64,000 bases of DNA from Squalus acanthias (lineage: Eukaryota). Position 1 is the stretch's first letter, and every line of letters starts with the position of its first letter. The stretch spans positions 132,434,001 through 132,498,000 of the forward strand of contig CM059432.1 of the NCBI GenBank assembly GCA_030390025.1. The letters run 5' to 3'. This document shows positions 37,481 through 49,563 of the stretch, piece by piece. The notes under the pieces were generated by a model, which searched no databases, was not told the origin of the DNA, and worked only from the letters and a program-made list of their open reading frames with translations. Position numbers and translations under genes: made by a program.

Positions 37481-38751
37481 TTGGGAACATTGTCCTCTGA
37501 GGGGCCCAGCCCTCCGGGCCCCTCAACAGCCATCTGGCTGCTGTTTAAGGACCAAAAAGGCCCTAAAACCTGAATAAAAAACACCACCAACTTTTTACAA
37601 ACTCACTCCAACTCCCTGCAGTAATCAAGCACCCAGCAGCACCTGCTCACTCCTAGCCCCTCCCACCGAGAGAGTGCTACCCACTGAGCCATGTTGCCAT
37701 GAGCTAGTCTACTAACTGGGCAATTCGCAATGTTACACTACAAATACAAAAATTTTGCAGTCTTATGGACAAAAGTAGTACCATACAGATAATATTGAAT
37801 GTCATAATGGGAGCTCTGGCACACTGTAGCAGCAAAGGTGGCATGATGTGCTGTAGCAATGTCAGGAGGATTGCAATCGGACAGGAAACATCCCATCTCT
37901 CCCTTTTTTATGTTCGTTTAAAAGGTAAGTGTTAAATTGTTTTGGATATCTTAAAAGATTCTTAGCTTTGAGGGTTTACTGTTGAAAATGCTTCATTCTC
38001 TGAGGTAACTATTTGGGGATTTTGTATAGTCAATCCAAATAAAAGGACAAACAAGAAACAGATATTCATTCAAATAATAATGCGGACGGCTGCTAGAGAA
38101 TTGCACTTGGGGCAGTTTGCCGTCAACATTTTTCTAAAAATTCTCAAATGTCGGCACAAACAAAAGTGTTGTCTCGCTAACAACCACTGAGAGAAAACTG
38201 CTGCCAAGAAAAGTTCTGAAATAATCTTTAGGGCGTGAATAGTATGAATGCAGCCTGAGTTTTAATTAACTTTCCAGCAGTGCCACAGATTATTATTTTT
38301 TAATCCTGCTGTTGTGTTTGTTTGTATATGCTGTCTTTGCAGCCTCTGAATATCATAATTACAAAATCTGTACGACAACAAAACATTTCTCAATGCTGCA
38401 AGGTTTCTTAAAAATAGTGGCATTTTTATATATTTTGGTAATGTTCAGAAAGATTGAACTCTATTATAAAAAAGGTTGAAATCAATATAACTTTAAACAA
38501 AAGCTTGTTTCATTCTGTAAGATTCCTTGAGATGCAGCACGCATTTCAAAAGGATTTAAGGAATATCCCCAGGATCAGGTCTTACAAAGGCCTTATTCTT
38601 AAGTGTTATGTGGAAAATACAATCCCCTCTCTGTAATTAAAAGAATCTACATATTATTTATAAGAAACTTTAAAATCAAACGCGCCATAAGGTAGCTGGT
38701 CTTCGGATTGAGGATGCCAAGTTTGCCATCTTTATAGCAAAATCTTTACAT

Positions 38752-39528
38752 CAACATCATCTTGCATTTATATAGCGCCTTTAACATAGTGAAACGTTCC
38801 AAGGCGTTTCACAGGAGCGTTATCAGACTAAATTTGACACCGAGCCACATAAGGAGATATTAGGACAGGTGACCAAAAGCTTAGTCAAAGCGGTAGGTTT
38901 TAAGGAGCGTCTTAAAGGATGAGAGAGAGGTAGAGAAGCGGAGAGGTTTAGGGAGGGAATTCCAGAGCTTAGGGCCCAGGCAGCTGATGGCACGGCCACC
39001 AATGGTGGGGTGATTAAAATCGCAGATGTGCAAGAGGCCAGAATTGGAGGAGCGCAGATATCTTGGAGGGTTGTAGGGCTGGAGGTGGTTACAGAGATTG
39101 GGAGGGGCGAGGCCATGGAGCGATTTGAAAGCCAGGATGAGAATTTTAAAATCGAGGCGCTGCCGGACCGGGAGCCAATGTAAGTCAGCGAGCACAGGGG
39201 TGATGGATTAACGGGATTTGGTGCGAGTTAGGACACAGGCAGCAGAGTTTTGGATGAGCTCCAGTTTATGGAGGGTGCAAGGTGGGAGGCCAGCCAGGAG
39301 AGCATTGGAATAATCAGGTCTAGGAGGTAACAAAGACGCGGATGAGGGTTTCAGCAGCAAATGAACTGAGACAGGGGCAGCGTTGGGCAACGTTACGGAG
39401 GTGGAAGTCGTCAGTCTTGGTGATGGGAGGGGATATGTGGTTAGAAGCTCAGCTCAGGGTCTCAGCGTCAACTAGGACTCCAAAGTGGCGAACAGTCTGG
39501 CTCAGCCTCAGACAGTGGCTAGGGAGAG
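38752..39528 (-). mobile_element. L2 LINE 3' portion
   Basis: DYSNALLAGLP..LHKLELIQNSAACVLTRTKSR and LADLHWLPVRQRLDFKILIL...PKLWNSLP. Confidence 0.92.
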
Positions 39529-39542
39529 TTTAATTTTCCTGG

Positions 39543-40172
39543 TGATATGGGTAACCTCTACATTGGGGAGACCAAACGCAGATTGGGTGACCGCTTTGCG
39601 GAACACCTCCGTTCAGTCCGTAAGCGTGACCACGAGCTTCCGGTTGCCTGTCACTTTAATTCTCCACTCCACTCCCACTCTGACCTCTCCGTCCTCGGCC
39701 TCTTACACTGTTCCAACGGAGCTCAACGTAAGCTCGAGGATCAGCACCTCATCTTTCGATTAGGCACTTTACAGCCTTCTGGACTCAACATCGAGTTCAA
39801 CAATTTCAGACCATAACCTCTGCCCCAATTTTTTTCACATGGCAGCTGTTGATGATTCTGCAATTCTCCTTTACACCTCATCTAGACTCATCTTTTGTTT
39901 CTTAACTTGTCCCATTACCATCTCCTTTTGCCTCGCACCATCATCCCTTTTGTCTCTTAATCTCTCCTGCCTTCCATCCTATCACAGACCTTCCCTTTTG
40001 TTCTTTCCTCCCCTCCCCCCTTTCCCTGCCCCTACACTTGCTTAAAAATCTGTTCCATCTCCAACTTTTTCCAGTTCTGACGAAGGGTCATCGACCTGAA
40101 ACGTTAACTCTGTTTCTCTCTCCACAGAGGCTGCCTGACCTGCTGAGTATTTCCAACATTTTCTGTTTTTAT
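39543..40172 (+). mobile_element. Penelope-like element 3' portion (GIY-YIG C-terminus plus pLTR)
   Basis: LYIGETKRRLGDRFAEHLRSV...PVACHFN...EDQHLIFRLGTLQPSGLNIEF, followed by pLTR-like sequence. Confidence 0.9.
40073..40109 (+). ncRNA. minimal type I hammerhead ribozyme motif in the Penelope pLTR
   Basis: agtt-CTGACGA-agggtc atc gacct-GAAA-cgtt-aact: conserved core boxes, stem I agtt/aact, palindromic ACGT stem III. Confidence 0.7.
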
Positions 40173-40621
40173 TTGGGAAACCTGTACCCCACTTATGCAC
40201 CATTCTTCTTTAATAGCTTTCAGATATGGATGGTCATTTTTTTTGGAGGGGTGGGGAGCGGGGAAGTGGGGTTGAATTCAAATCTGAACTACTCATTTAT
40301 CAGAACATTAACCTAACTTCCAAGCAGAGGGTTGCAAGTTTAGGTGCAGGACCACTTGCCACTTCTCATTTGCCTTAGTATGGCCTTATTCCATTGGAAG
40401 CATGTAGGAAAGTACAGATGTCAGCAGCTGTCCCTATAGAGGTGTCAAGGACACTAACCCCAACTCCCTAAATGTGGTCTAATACAGGAAGGAATAAAAC
40501 TGCTCTTCTACCTGGTTTAGTTACATTGGGCATTGGTTTGTACCAGCCTTCCTTCAATTGGAGCTAGATTTTTTCCCCTTTCAGGGCTTGACTTTCAAGC
40601 CAATATTAGCCCCAGTTTTGC

Positions 40622-40807
40622 AGGAACATAGGACAGAGCAACACAGGAACAGGAGGAGGCCATTCAGCCCCTTGAGCCTGTTCCGCAATTCAATTAGATC
40701 ATGGCTGATCTGCATCTTAACTCCATTTACCCGCCTTGGTTCCATAACTCTTAATACCCTTGCCTAACAAAAATCTATCAATCTCAGTTTTGAATTAGTC
40801 AATTGAC
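40622..40807 (-). mobile_element. CR1-like LINE 3' tip
   Basis: Matches 3909-4080. Confidence 0.85.
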
Positions 40808-41795
40808 CAAAACTGAGATTGATAGACACTTTGGGCTAGAAATTCGTTATAGCCCAGGAATGGGCGGTAAAATGAGAAAAGCTGGAGAATTAGTACCAGG
40901 TGCTAATGCTGTAGACTGCATGCAAAATTAAGTCTCATTGCTCAAAGAAATGATTGAGGCACCAATTCAAGCCTTAAAACCCAAGCTCATTGGCATTACT
41001 CTCAAAGGGTGAACCAATATCAGGTGCAGTCTAATCGCAAGTCATCAATGCCACAGGCTTTTCCCAGTTCTTAAAGGGGAGGTTCATTGATGCTACAGAA
41101 CCTCATGCTCAGCAGTGCTGGCTGTGCAGCTGCCTCAGCAAGCAGAAGCAGGTCAAGTAGAAGGAGTCGGACGACTCAAGCAGCTGTACTGATGGCAGAT
41201 CCACGTCCCAGGGAGAGAGCCCGCAGATTCTGCGATCACACTATGGAGGCATTGGTGCTCGCTGTGGAGAGATGGAGGGCGGTGCTCTACCCAGTAAGTG
41301 GCAGGAGGCCCTCGCCGCACGTCTTCCGCACCATGTGGAGGGAGGTAACCCAGCACGTCTTGGGCAGCACTGTGGTCCCCAGGACCCACATACAGTGCAG
41401 GAAGAAATTTAATGACCTCACTCGGGTGGTCAGGGTGAGTCAATGCTTCAACAAATGTTACATACCACCATCTGAACCACAGTCTTCACACACTGCCCAA
41501 AGCACCACACCCCCAGCACTCACCCACCAACAATCTCTACCTACCAGCACTCACACCCACATCTCAGACCTTGCACACAATGACAGCTATTCAACTATGG
41601 CAGGCACAAGGGTCATTAGTTATTAGAATTAATGTGATATGTGTGATCTGTTTATAGATAAATTTATTAATGGTCTTTGGAATATTTTGTGGTTTCTCTC
41701 ATTTCACCTTAGCGCCCAGGAGGATGCTGTGATATGGCATGAGACAGGGATGGTATGATGGGGATGTGGTGAGCTACAGGGATCTGAGGTTTCAC

Positions 41796-42080
41796 TCATG
41801 TGAATCGGAATCTGATGAGCTGGTAATGGACAGCCTGTCCAGAAGGCCGATTGTCTTGCTGCCTCCTCCCTCCCTCCTGTTCCTCCTCCTCCTCGTCCTC
41901 TTCCTCCTCATCCTCCTCCTCATCCTCATCTGCCTTGTCCTCCTCCTGAGGTGGTCCTGCAATTCCTGCTGGCAAGGGCTGCACCTTTATGATGGTCAAG
42001 TTGTTGAGCATGCAGCAGACCACCATGAAATGGGACACCCGCTCTGGTGAGTACTGGAGGGCTCCTCCCGAGCGGTCAAG
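41796..42080 (-). pseudogene. extra copy of the Harbinger nuclease C-terminus within Myb intron 1
   Basis: LDRSGGALQYSPERVSHFMVVCCMLNNL...poly-E...LIRFRFT, homologous to 50035-50318. Confidence 0.85.
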
Positions 42081-43368
42081 GCACACCACACCCCCAGCAC
42101 TCACCCACCCCAACAATCTCTACCTACCAGCACTCACACCCACATCTCACACCTTGCACACAATGACAGCTATTCAACTATGGCAGGCACATCACCCAAA
42201 CACATTGCTCTACACTCACACACACACTTCCCTTTCTCTCGCGGCCAAGGTGTCTCACAACAGGAGGGAGCAGGAATGCACGGGGGTGGGGGTGGGGGGG
42301 TGGTGGTGGGGGGGTGGGGTGGTGACAAGCCGACACCCAACCACTTTCTGCGCTGGAGGAAAGAGCGCTGCAGATTATTGGGCACCAGGTGGTGGGTGCC
42401 GTGGCCCCCGGTGACATTGACCCCCTTGAGGACAGCAATGGTTCATCCCTACTTCTTCTTCTCACATCCCACTACCCCCCTCATCCCACAAGCATTTTGC
42501 TCTTTCCAGCTAACCATGCTGCATGCATGCATTTCGCAATCCTGACCCCCCTCCCCTCAACTTAACCCGACCCTTGAGCCTTTATGCTTTCAGATAATGA
42601 GCAAGGACCTGAGCAAGCCTGTCCCTGAGGGCACCATTGAGAGTGAGGCGGGAGAAGAGGACGAGGAAGAACACACCGCGTCACTGTATGGCTCACCTGC
42701 AGGCACCAGTAGAGACAGGGTTAATTAGCAATCCCATAGTAAAGGATCCTCTGGGGCAGAGTGATCATAATATGATAGAATTTCACATTAAGTTTGAGAG
42801 TGACTTGCCTAAGTCTTAAACTTAAATAAAGCAAATTACATAGGTATGAGGGGCGAGTTGGCTAAGGTAGATTGGGAAAATAGATTAAAAGTTATGGCGG
42901 TAGATAAGCAGTGGCTAGCATTTAAAGAAATATTTCATAATTCTCAACAAAAATACATTCCATTGAGAAACAAAAACTCCACGGGAAAAATGATCCATCC
43001 ATGGCTATCTAAAGCAGTTAAGGATAGCATTCGATTGAAAGAAGAAGCTTATAATATTGCAAAGAATAGTAGTAAGCCTAAGGATTGGGAGAGTTTCAGA
43101 AACCAGCAAAGGATGACTAAAAAATTGATAAAAAGGGAAAAAATAGAATATAAGAGAAAACTAGCAAGAAATATAAAAACAGATTGTAAGAGCTTCTACA
43201 AGTATGTAAAAGGAAGAGAGTAGCAAAAGTAAACGTTGGTCCCTTAGAGGCTGAGACAGGAGAAATTATTATGGGGAATAAGGAAATGGCAGAAACGTTA
43301 AACAAATGTTTGTATCTGTCTTCACAGTAGAAGACACAAAAAGCATACCAAAAACGGTGGGGAACCAA

Positions 43369-44076
43369 GGGGGTGAAATTGGGTGCCTGGGCAGCACTAA
43401 CAGGGTGTAAATGGCATTGCGACCGGGCGCGGAGCTGATATATGGCGGGAGTTTTGCAGCGGCGCTATGGCGTTATGCCCTGATCTCCTTCACTCAGAGA
43501 TCGTGATGTTATCACCGTGCGTATTGCCCTGGTAGTGCCCTGGACCCGAAATTGACTTATGCCCCCTGCAGCAGCGCCGGTCGAAAACACCGCTAGCTGC
43601 AGGAGGCGTACATCGGGCGGCCGGCCGCTTCGGGAGCGATGATTAAAGGTGAGGTGGCAGAGGTAAGTAAAAAAAACCCGTATCTTTGTTGTTCCAGGTT
43701 TATTCGCGGGTTCCTGCCCGCGATCGATCAGCCCGGCACTCTGCTTGAGAGCCGGGCTGATTGCGCGGGATCGCGGCTGCCTTTGTGGTCCAGGTAGGTA
43801 CTTTTTAAATTGCAGAGCCTGCGGCGATGGCCCTTCCCTTTAAGGGAGGGAAGGAGCCTTTGAACGGGGCAGCGCTGCACGGCCCAGTGCGCAGCGCTGC
43901 TGAAGTCTCCGCCCCGCTCCCCGACGTTAGCGTCCTAAGAAGGAAATGGAGCGCTCCACTTCCCTCTTGGGGTGCTAAAACTCAATTTTGCTGTCTAATT
44001 AGCGCTGGGTGCTAAAGTTAACGCCCAGGCGATGTTAGCACCCCAAAATGGTCAATACTGAATTTCCCCCCCCCCC
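43369..44076. mobile_element. Harbinger-derived MITE inside CR1
   Basis: gggggtgaaatt / aatttccccc ends; interrupts collinear CR1 sequence; body similar to 13444-14158. Confidence 0.82.
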
Positions 44077-44851
44077 ACAAAGGGGTCTAATGAGGATGAG
44101 GAACTTAACGTTATTAATATAAGTAGAGAAAAAGTACTAGAGGAACTAATGAGACTAAAAGCTGACAAATCCCGTGGATCTGATGGCCTACATCCTAAGG
44201 TTCTCAAAGAGGTGGCTGCAGAGATAGTGGATGCATTGGTTTTGATCTTCCAAAATTCCCTAGACTCTAGAATGGTCCCAGCGAATTGGAAGGTAGCAAA
44301 TGTAACTCCGCTATTCAAGAAAGGAACTACAGGCCAGTTAGCCTGACATCAGTTGTCAGGAAAATGCTGGAATCCATTATTAAGGAAGTGGTATCAGGGC
44401 ACTTAGAAAAATCATAACATGATTAGGCAGAGTCAACATGGTTTTATGAAAGAGAAATCGTGTTTGACAAATTTATTAGAGTTTTTTGAGGATGTAACTA
44501 GCAGGGTAGATAGAGGGGAACCAGTGGATATAGTATATTTGGATTTCCAAAAGGCATTCGATAAGGTGCCACATAAAAAGGTTATTACACAAGATAAGGG
44601 CTCATGGGCTTGGGGGTAATATAGTCATGGATAGAGGATTGGTTAACGGACAGAAAACAGAGAGTAGGGATAAACGGGTCTTTTTCAGGTTGGCAGGCTG
44701 TAGCTAGTGGGGTGCCGCAAGGATCAGTGTTGGGGCCTCAGCTATTTACAATCTATATTAATGACCTAGATGAAGGGACCGAGTGTAATGTATCTAAGTT
44801 TGCTGACGATACAAAGCTAGGTCGGACAGTAAGCTGTGAGGAGAACACAAA

Positions 44852-45564
44852 GGGGCAAAAATTTGGTCGTGCCCCCTTTGGGCGCTAACTTCGCCAGGTC
44901 GCTACTTTTAGCTCCCTGAAATAGTTAGCGCCCCTGCGCCGTAAATTAAGAGGAGGCGGGGCACTACTGGAAGCGCTCCACCTCCTTCCTGGGGCGGTAC
45001 CATTCAATATCACGGCGCTACGTGCAACAGCCTCCCTCCAGCTACGTATTACAGGCCTCCCTCCCCTGATTAAAGGGGAGGGGCCTAGCGCAGTGCGCCC
45101 CGGGGCTGTGCTGGACCACCGGGGAGCTGGGTGCCGGGAAAACAGCCTGGCACTCGAGAGGAGTGCCGGGTTGACCGATCGCGGCTGGCACCCCGCATGA
45201 GGAAATGGAAAGGGGGCAGACGCTAGCGGGCGGCCCCCCAAAAAATGGCCACCCGGCACCTGCCCTTTAATTAGTGCCGCTGCGGCTGTAAAAACGCCAC
45301 CCTGACCCTGTCGGACATATCATCTGGCGGTAGGTCAGGGGGCGGAACTGAAGTTTGCAGCCGGAGTGCGAGCGGGGCGCTGCGCATGGCGATGACATCA
45401 TCGCGGAGGCGCAGCGCCGCGGGGCGCTACCGGCTACCGCCGCCGCAAACCTCCCACTGAATTTCGCGGGAGGCGTTAGCGGTGCCACGCCCAGGCGCTA
45501 GGGGCTTTACGCCCCGTTAGCGCCCCTGCTAACAGGAGGCATAAAGCAATCCAATTTTTCCTCC
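44852..45564. mobile_element. Harbinger-derived MITE inside CR1
   Basis: ggggcaaaaatt / aatttttcctcc ends, TSD aaa/aaa; the empty site gagaacgcaaagag is present in the CR1 near 55420. Confidence 0.85.
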
Positions 45565-46789
45565 AAAGAGTCTTCAAAGGAATATAGATAGACTAAGTGA
45601 GTGAGCAGTAAGGTGGCAGATGGAGTTTAATGGAGGGAAATGTGAGGTTATTCACTTTGGTAGGAAGAATAGAAAAACAGAATATTTTTTAAATGGTGAG
45701 AAACTTTTAAAAGTTGGTGTTCAGAGAGATTTGTGTGTCCTCGTGCAAGAAACACAGAAAGCTGGCATGCAGGTACAACAAGCAACAAGGAAGGCAAATG
45801 GCATGTTGGCCTTTATTGCAAGGGGGTTGGAGTATAAGAGTAAGGAAGTCTTGCTACAATTGTACAGGGCCTTGTTGAGACCACACCTGGAGTACTGTGC
45901 ACAGTTTTGGTCTCCTTATCTAAGGAAGGATAGACTTGCCTTGGAGGCAGTGCAACGAAGGTTCACTAGATTGATTCCTGGGATGGGACGGCTCTCCTAT
46001 GATGAGAGAATGTGTAGAATGGGCCTATACTGTCTGGAGTTTAGAAGAATGAGAGGTGATCGCATTGAAATATACAAGATTCTGAAGGGGATTGACAGGG
46101 TAAATGCTGAGAGGTTGTTTCCCCTGGCTGGAGTGTCTAGAACTAGGGGGCATAGTCTCAGGATAAGGGGTAGGCCATTTAAGACCGAGATGAGGAGGAA
46201 TTTCTTCACTCAGAGGGTTGGAATTCTCTGCCCCAGAGGGCTGTGGATGCTGAGTCTTTGAGTATATTCAAGGCTGAGATCAATAGATTTTTGGACTCTA
46301 GGGGAATCAAGGGATGTGGAGATCGGGCAGGAAAGTGGAGTTGAGGCTGATGATCTTGTTAAATGACGGAGCAGGCTCGAGGTGCCATATGGCCTACTCC
46401 TGCTCCTATTTCTTACATTCTTATGTTCTTACTACGGGTTCTTTAGAGGCTAGTATAGTAGCGGGATCTGCACAGGTTGAGGCACCGGGGACGAGTAGGC
46501 TGCAGCAAGGCCAGGGGGAAAGGGTAGCATGAGTTTGTGCATGAGTTCTGCTGCATAGGCCTCATATGAGGACCTCGATGGGGAGGCGTTTATAAGAAGG
46601 GTGATGGGCATGCACATGGAGATGATAGGTGCAATGGCAAGAGTGCCCGAGAGCCTGTCAGCAATGATAAGGAGCGTGGAGGAGGCCACCTCCAACATTG
46701 CACAAGGCTCTGCGCACACCATCATTTCCAGTCTGCAAAGGATGGTAGATTCCCAGAGAGACCGTGGCGACCCAAACCTGATGCCGTGC

Positions 46790-49126
46790 TGAAGGGATAA
46801 TTACTAGTCCTAGCCCTTTTCGGGCTACCCCAGATCAGGCGTATTCCCCAGACGTTCACCTTCAACTAAAGTTAGCGGTAGCCGAATCCTAGAGACGCTT
46901 AATTGGGTCTAAAGGTCAGACTACCTCTCCCTAAAGGAAAGAAACGGCCTGAAGATGTTACTGTCCTCCAGATAGCACTTTTAATAAGTTTAACTAGACT
47001 GTAACCTTCCAGATATTATGAGGGTCCTGAAAATCCCCCCAGAATTCTGCAACTCCTCACAAAAGAGTGTACAGAAATTGAGTTTGCGAGGTTGATACAA
47101 AATTACTCTGAGACAATTCTAAAAATATATAGATTTATTAAAGTACCGACATTCAGCTAACAGTTGTTGATTCAATCGCAACTTTAACAGTTCAAAATAC
47201 AAATAGCTTACATTTCTTATCAGAGATCCTTACTCTCAAATCTTAACTTCATTACATTTCCACACTTCTACTTATTCTTAATCCAGAATATCCACCAAAA
47301 TCAAACACCTTGATTACCCGAGACTCAAAGAGTTGTAGGCCTACAGAGTGGTTCTGAAGGCGAGAATCGCTCTGCCCCTTCCAGCGACTTCTGACTTTCT
47401 ATCTGAAAAGCTCTATTTTTATACCTTTTTTAGTGGTTTATCCTTTGAAGTTTTCTGCTGATGTAAGCTAATTATCTCGTCATTCTCTATTGAATTCTTT
47501 CTATTCTTACTGTCAGTTCAGCTGTTAACTTTCAGAATTCTGTCTCTACCTTTAGGTGTTCATATCTTATCATAAAATATGGTATAACAGATTTATCTCT
47601 TTGATGCCATTCTTTCGAAGGTCTTCAATTCAATTCTTAATATTGGCTTAACTGCTTGTATTACAGACTTCTCGTCTCCTTGTGTTCCATGTTCAACACA
47701 TAAACAATGTGATTGCTTGGTACATCTATTGATGTAATATTTTCAAAGTCTTCTGTAGGTATTTTTTACAACATGTAAATTAAAAACACTTAATCGGGGT
47801 GTTCTTTGCATTTCTTAGCTACTTCAATTGGTTGTATATATAATCATGTTTCCTGTTTCATTTGATGTTACTTTTACAAAGACACACGGTTTTTTAATGT
47901 TCTGTGTTTCTTGTTCGAAGTGTTATTTTTTAACATTTTACTTGGGCATTGCTATTGTGTTGGTTCCAAACTGCAGACTCCTTGGGGTAAAAATTCAGTT
48001 GGTTGCGCCTCCCGTTAGCGCCTTAAGAGGGCGCTAATGGGGCGCAAAGACGCTAACGCCCGGGCGCAGCGATGTTTGCGCCGCTCGGGAACTTAACTAG
48101 AGATTGTGCGGCGGCGCTAAACTTTACCGCTGCGACCACCTGCGCGCGCAGATTGTGACGTCATTCCATGGTGCAACGCCCTTGTGGCGCCCCGGAGCGG
48201 AAATTGAGTGGCACCCCCTGCCTTACCGCCTGGCGCATCCAACGACCAGAAGACTGGAACGCTATCAATCGCTGTGGGGCTGGGGGGGGGGGCGCTATTT
48301 AAAGGGGGCCTCTTCCTGTCTTTTATTGTTGGTGGCATTTTTGAACTACCCATTCTGAGAGAGAGAGGGAGAGACTTCTGGAGAGATTCAACGTTGTGTG
48401 AAGGAGTTTTGGGTACTGAGCAGCACTTTGCAGGTTCATTTTGATTTGCCATTCCTTGTATCGATTTAGCAGAGACTGTGGGAGCTGCACTCTGAGCTCT
48501 TTGCCTGGTACTCTCCATTGTTCTTTCCAGCACATTTGATGTGCAAGTCTCTCCAGGCCGAGATTCAAGGCTGCAATGAACAGGATGTGGATGGAAAGCA
48601 AGATTAACCATCCCCTTTAAGAACTGGCCCGTGCCATTGTGTGTGTGTTCCATTGCTGACTGACATTACATGAGCTTCGCCAGCGCTCTGAGTTAGCGCC
48701 TCACTCCTTGGCCTTTGCGCCTTAAGACAGGTGTGCAGCACCTGATTTAGCGCTCCACTCACCTCCCGGGGCGGTAAAAGTGAAGTTTCCAGTCAGTGCC
48801 GATAATTAGCGCCAGGCGCTAATATTTGCGTCCAGACGATATTTGCACCCCAAATGGGGCGCGACCTAATTTTTCCCCCCTTGGAACCTACAACCCTCTG
48901 TTTCAATGAGGCCATTGTCTTAGTATTTACAACCATTTCCCATTTCAAAAGCTTGTATGGTGTTTACAGCTTTGTGATTCATCTTATCTCAAAAGCCTGT
49001 ATTTCTGTTTACGGCTTCTGTCTTTGAGGCCTTTAGATTTTTAACCCCAGTTTGTCATGTTTTAATAAAATCAGAATTCTGTTCATAGGATGGTGTATTT
49101 TTCTGAAATATGGCTATTCCTTTACA
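46790..49126 (-). mobile_element. ERV/LTR-retroelement solo LTR, copy 2
   Basis: tgaagggataa...tattcctttaca ends, 4-bp TSD gtgc, minus-strand TATAAAA near 47420 and AATAAA near 47135; interrupts the Myb gene. Confidence 0.82.
47984..48879. mobile_element. Harbinger-derived MITE inside LTR copy 2
   Basis: ggggtaaaaatt / aatttttccccc ends, TSD ctt/ctt. Confidence 0.85.
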
Positions 49127-49438
49127 GTGCGTGATTGGCGATTTGGCAGCTTCCATTGCAGCACAGGTGGAAGCGACGTAAACGTCTTAGTGTTGTAATG
49201 CAGTCAATGCTTTTTGGCATCCAATCTCAGACTGCTCTCATGCAGTCTCAGTTTGATGCCACACAAGCTCTGACTGCTGCCATCGTGGCTGGGTCTACCA
49301 CCGTCAACCGGGGGGTATCACGGTGCCGCAAAAGGCCAGCAATCTGTGCTCCAACAGATTGCTAGGGATGCTGAGGTTCTGCCCCGGGGGAGTGGCAGTG
49401 GGTCAGTGGAGCAGGAGCCTGCTGTCCTCTCTCAGGAT

Positions 49439-49563
49439 AAAAATGAGAAGTCGCACAACACCAGGTTATAGTCCAACAGATTTATTTAATTTTACAAGCT
49501 TTCGAAGCAGTTCGCTCCTTCGTCAGGTAAGTAGCAAAGTCCAACGCCGGCATCTCCACATCA
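49439..49563 (-). mobile_element. 125-bp Penelope-pLTR/retrozyme-like insertion
   Basis: Flanked by the 12-bp direct repeat ctctctcaggat (49427-49438 and 49564-49575); contains a hammerhead motif and a downstream AATAAA on the minus strand. Confidence 0.7.
49492..49530 (-). ncRNA. minimal type I hammerhead ribozyme motif
   Basis: Minus strand ttac-CTGACGA-a-ggagc gaact gcttc-GAAA-gctt-gtaa: stem I ttac/gtaa, stem II ggagc/gcttc, palindromic AGCT stem III. Confidence 0.72.

Larger units (their letters stand above)
35401..37671 (-). mobile_element. Tx1-clade non-LTR retroposon, ORF1-only (ORF2 almost wholly deleted)
   Basis: 10-bp TSD gagtgctacc (35391-35400 and 37672-37681), 5' UTR, ORF1, a short ORF2-like stub, AATAAA and an A/T-rich 3' end. 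Confidence 0.8.
34952..37692 (-). mobile_element. Deu-SINE whose tRNA head is split by a Tx1-like insertion
   Basis: SINE body 34952-35400; the head tip gagtgctacccactgagccatg lies at 37672-37692. Confidence 0.85.
42711..46429 (+). mobile_element. CR1-like LINE, long 5'-truncated copy with decayed ORF2
   Basis: Endonuclease end PLGQSDHNMIEF, RT motifs [44 protein letters not shown]-terminus and tail; two MITE insertions. Confidence 0.93.
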
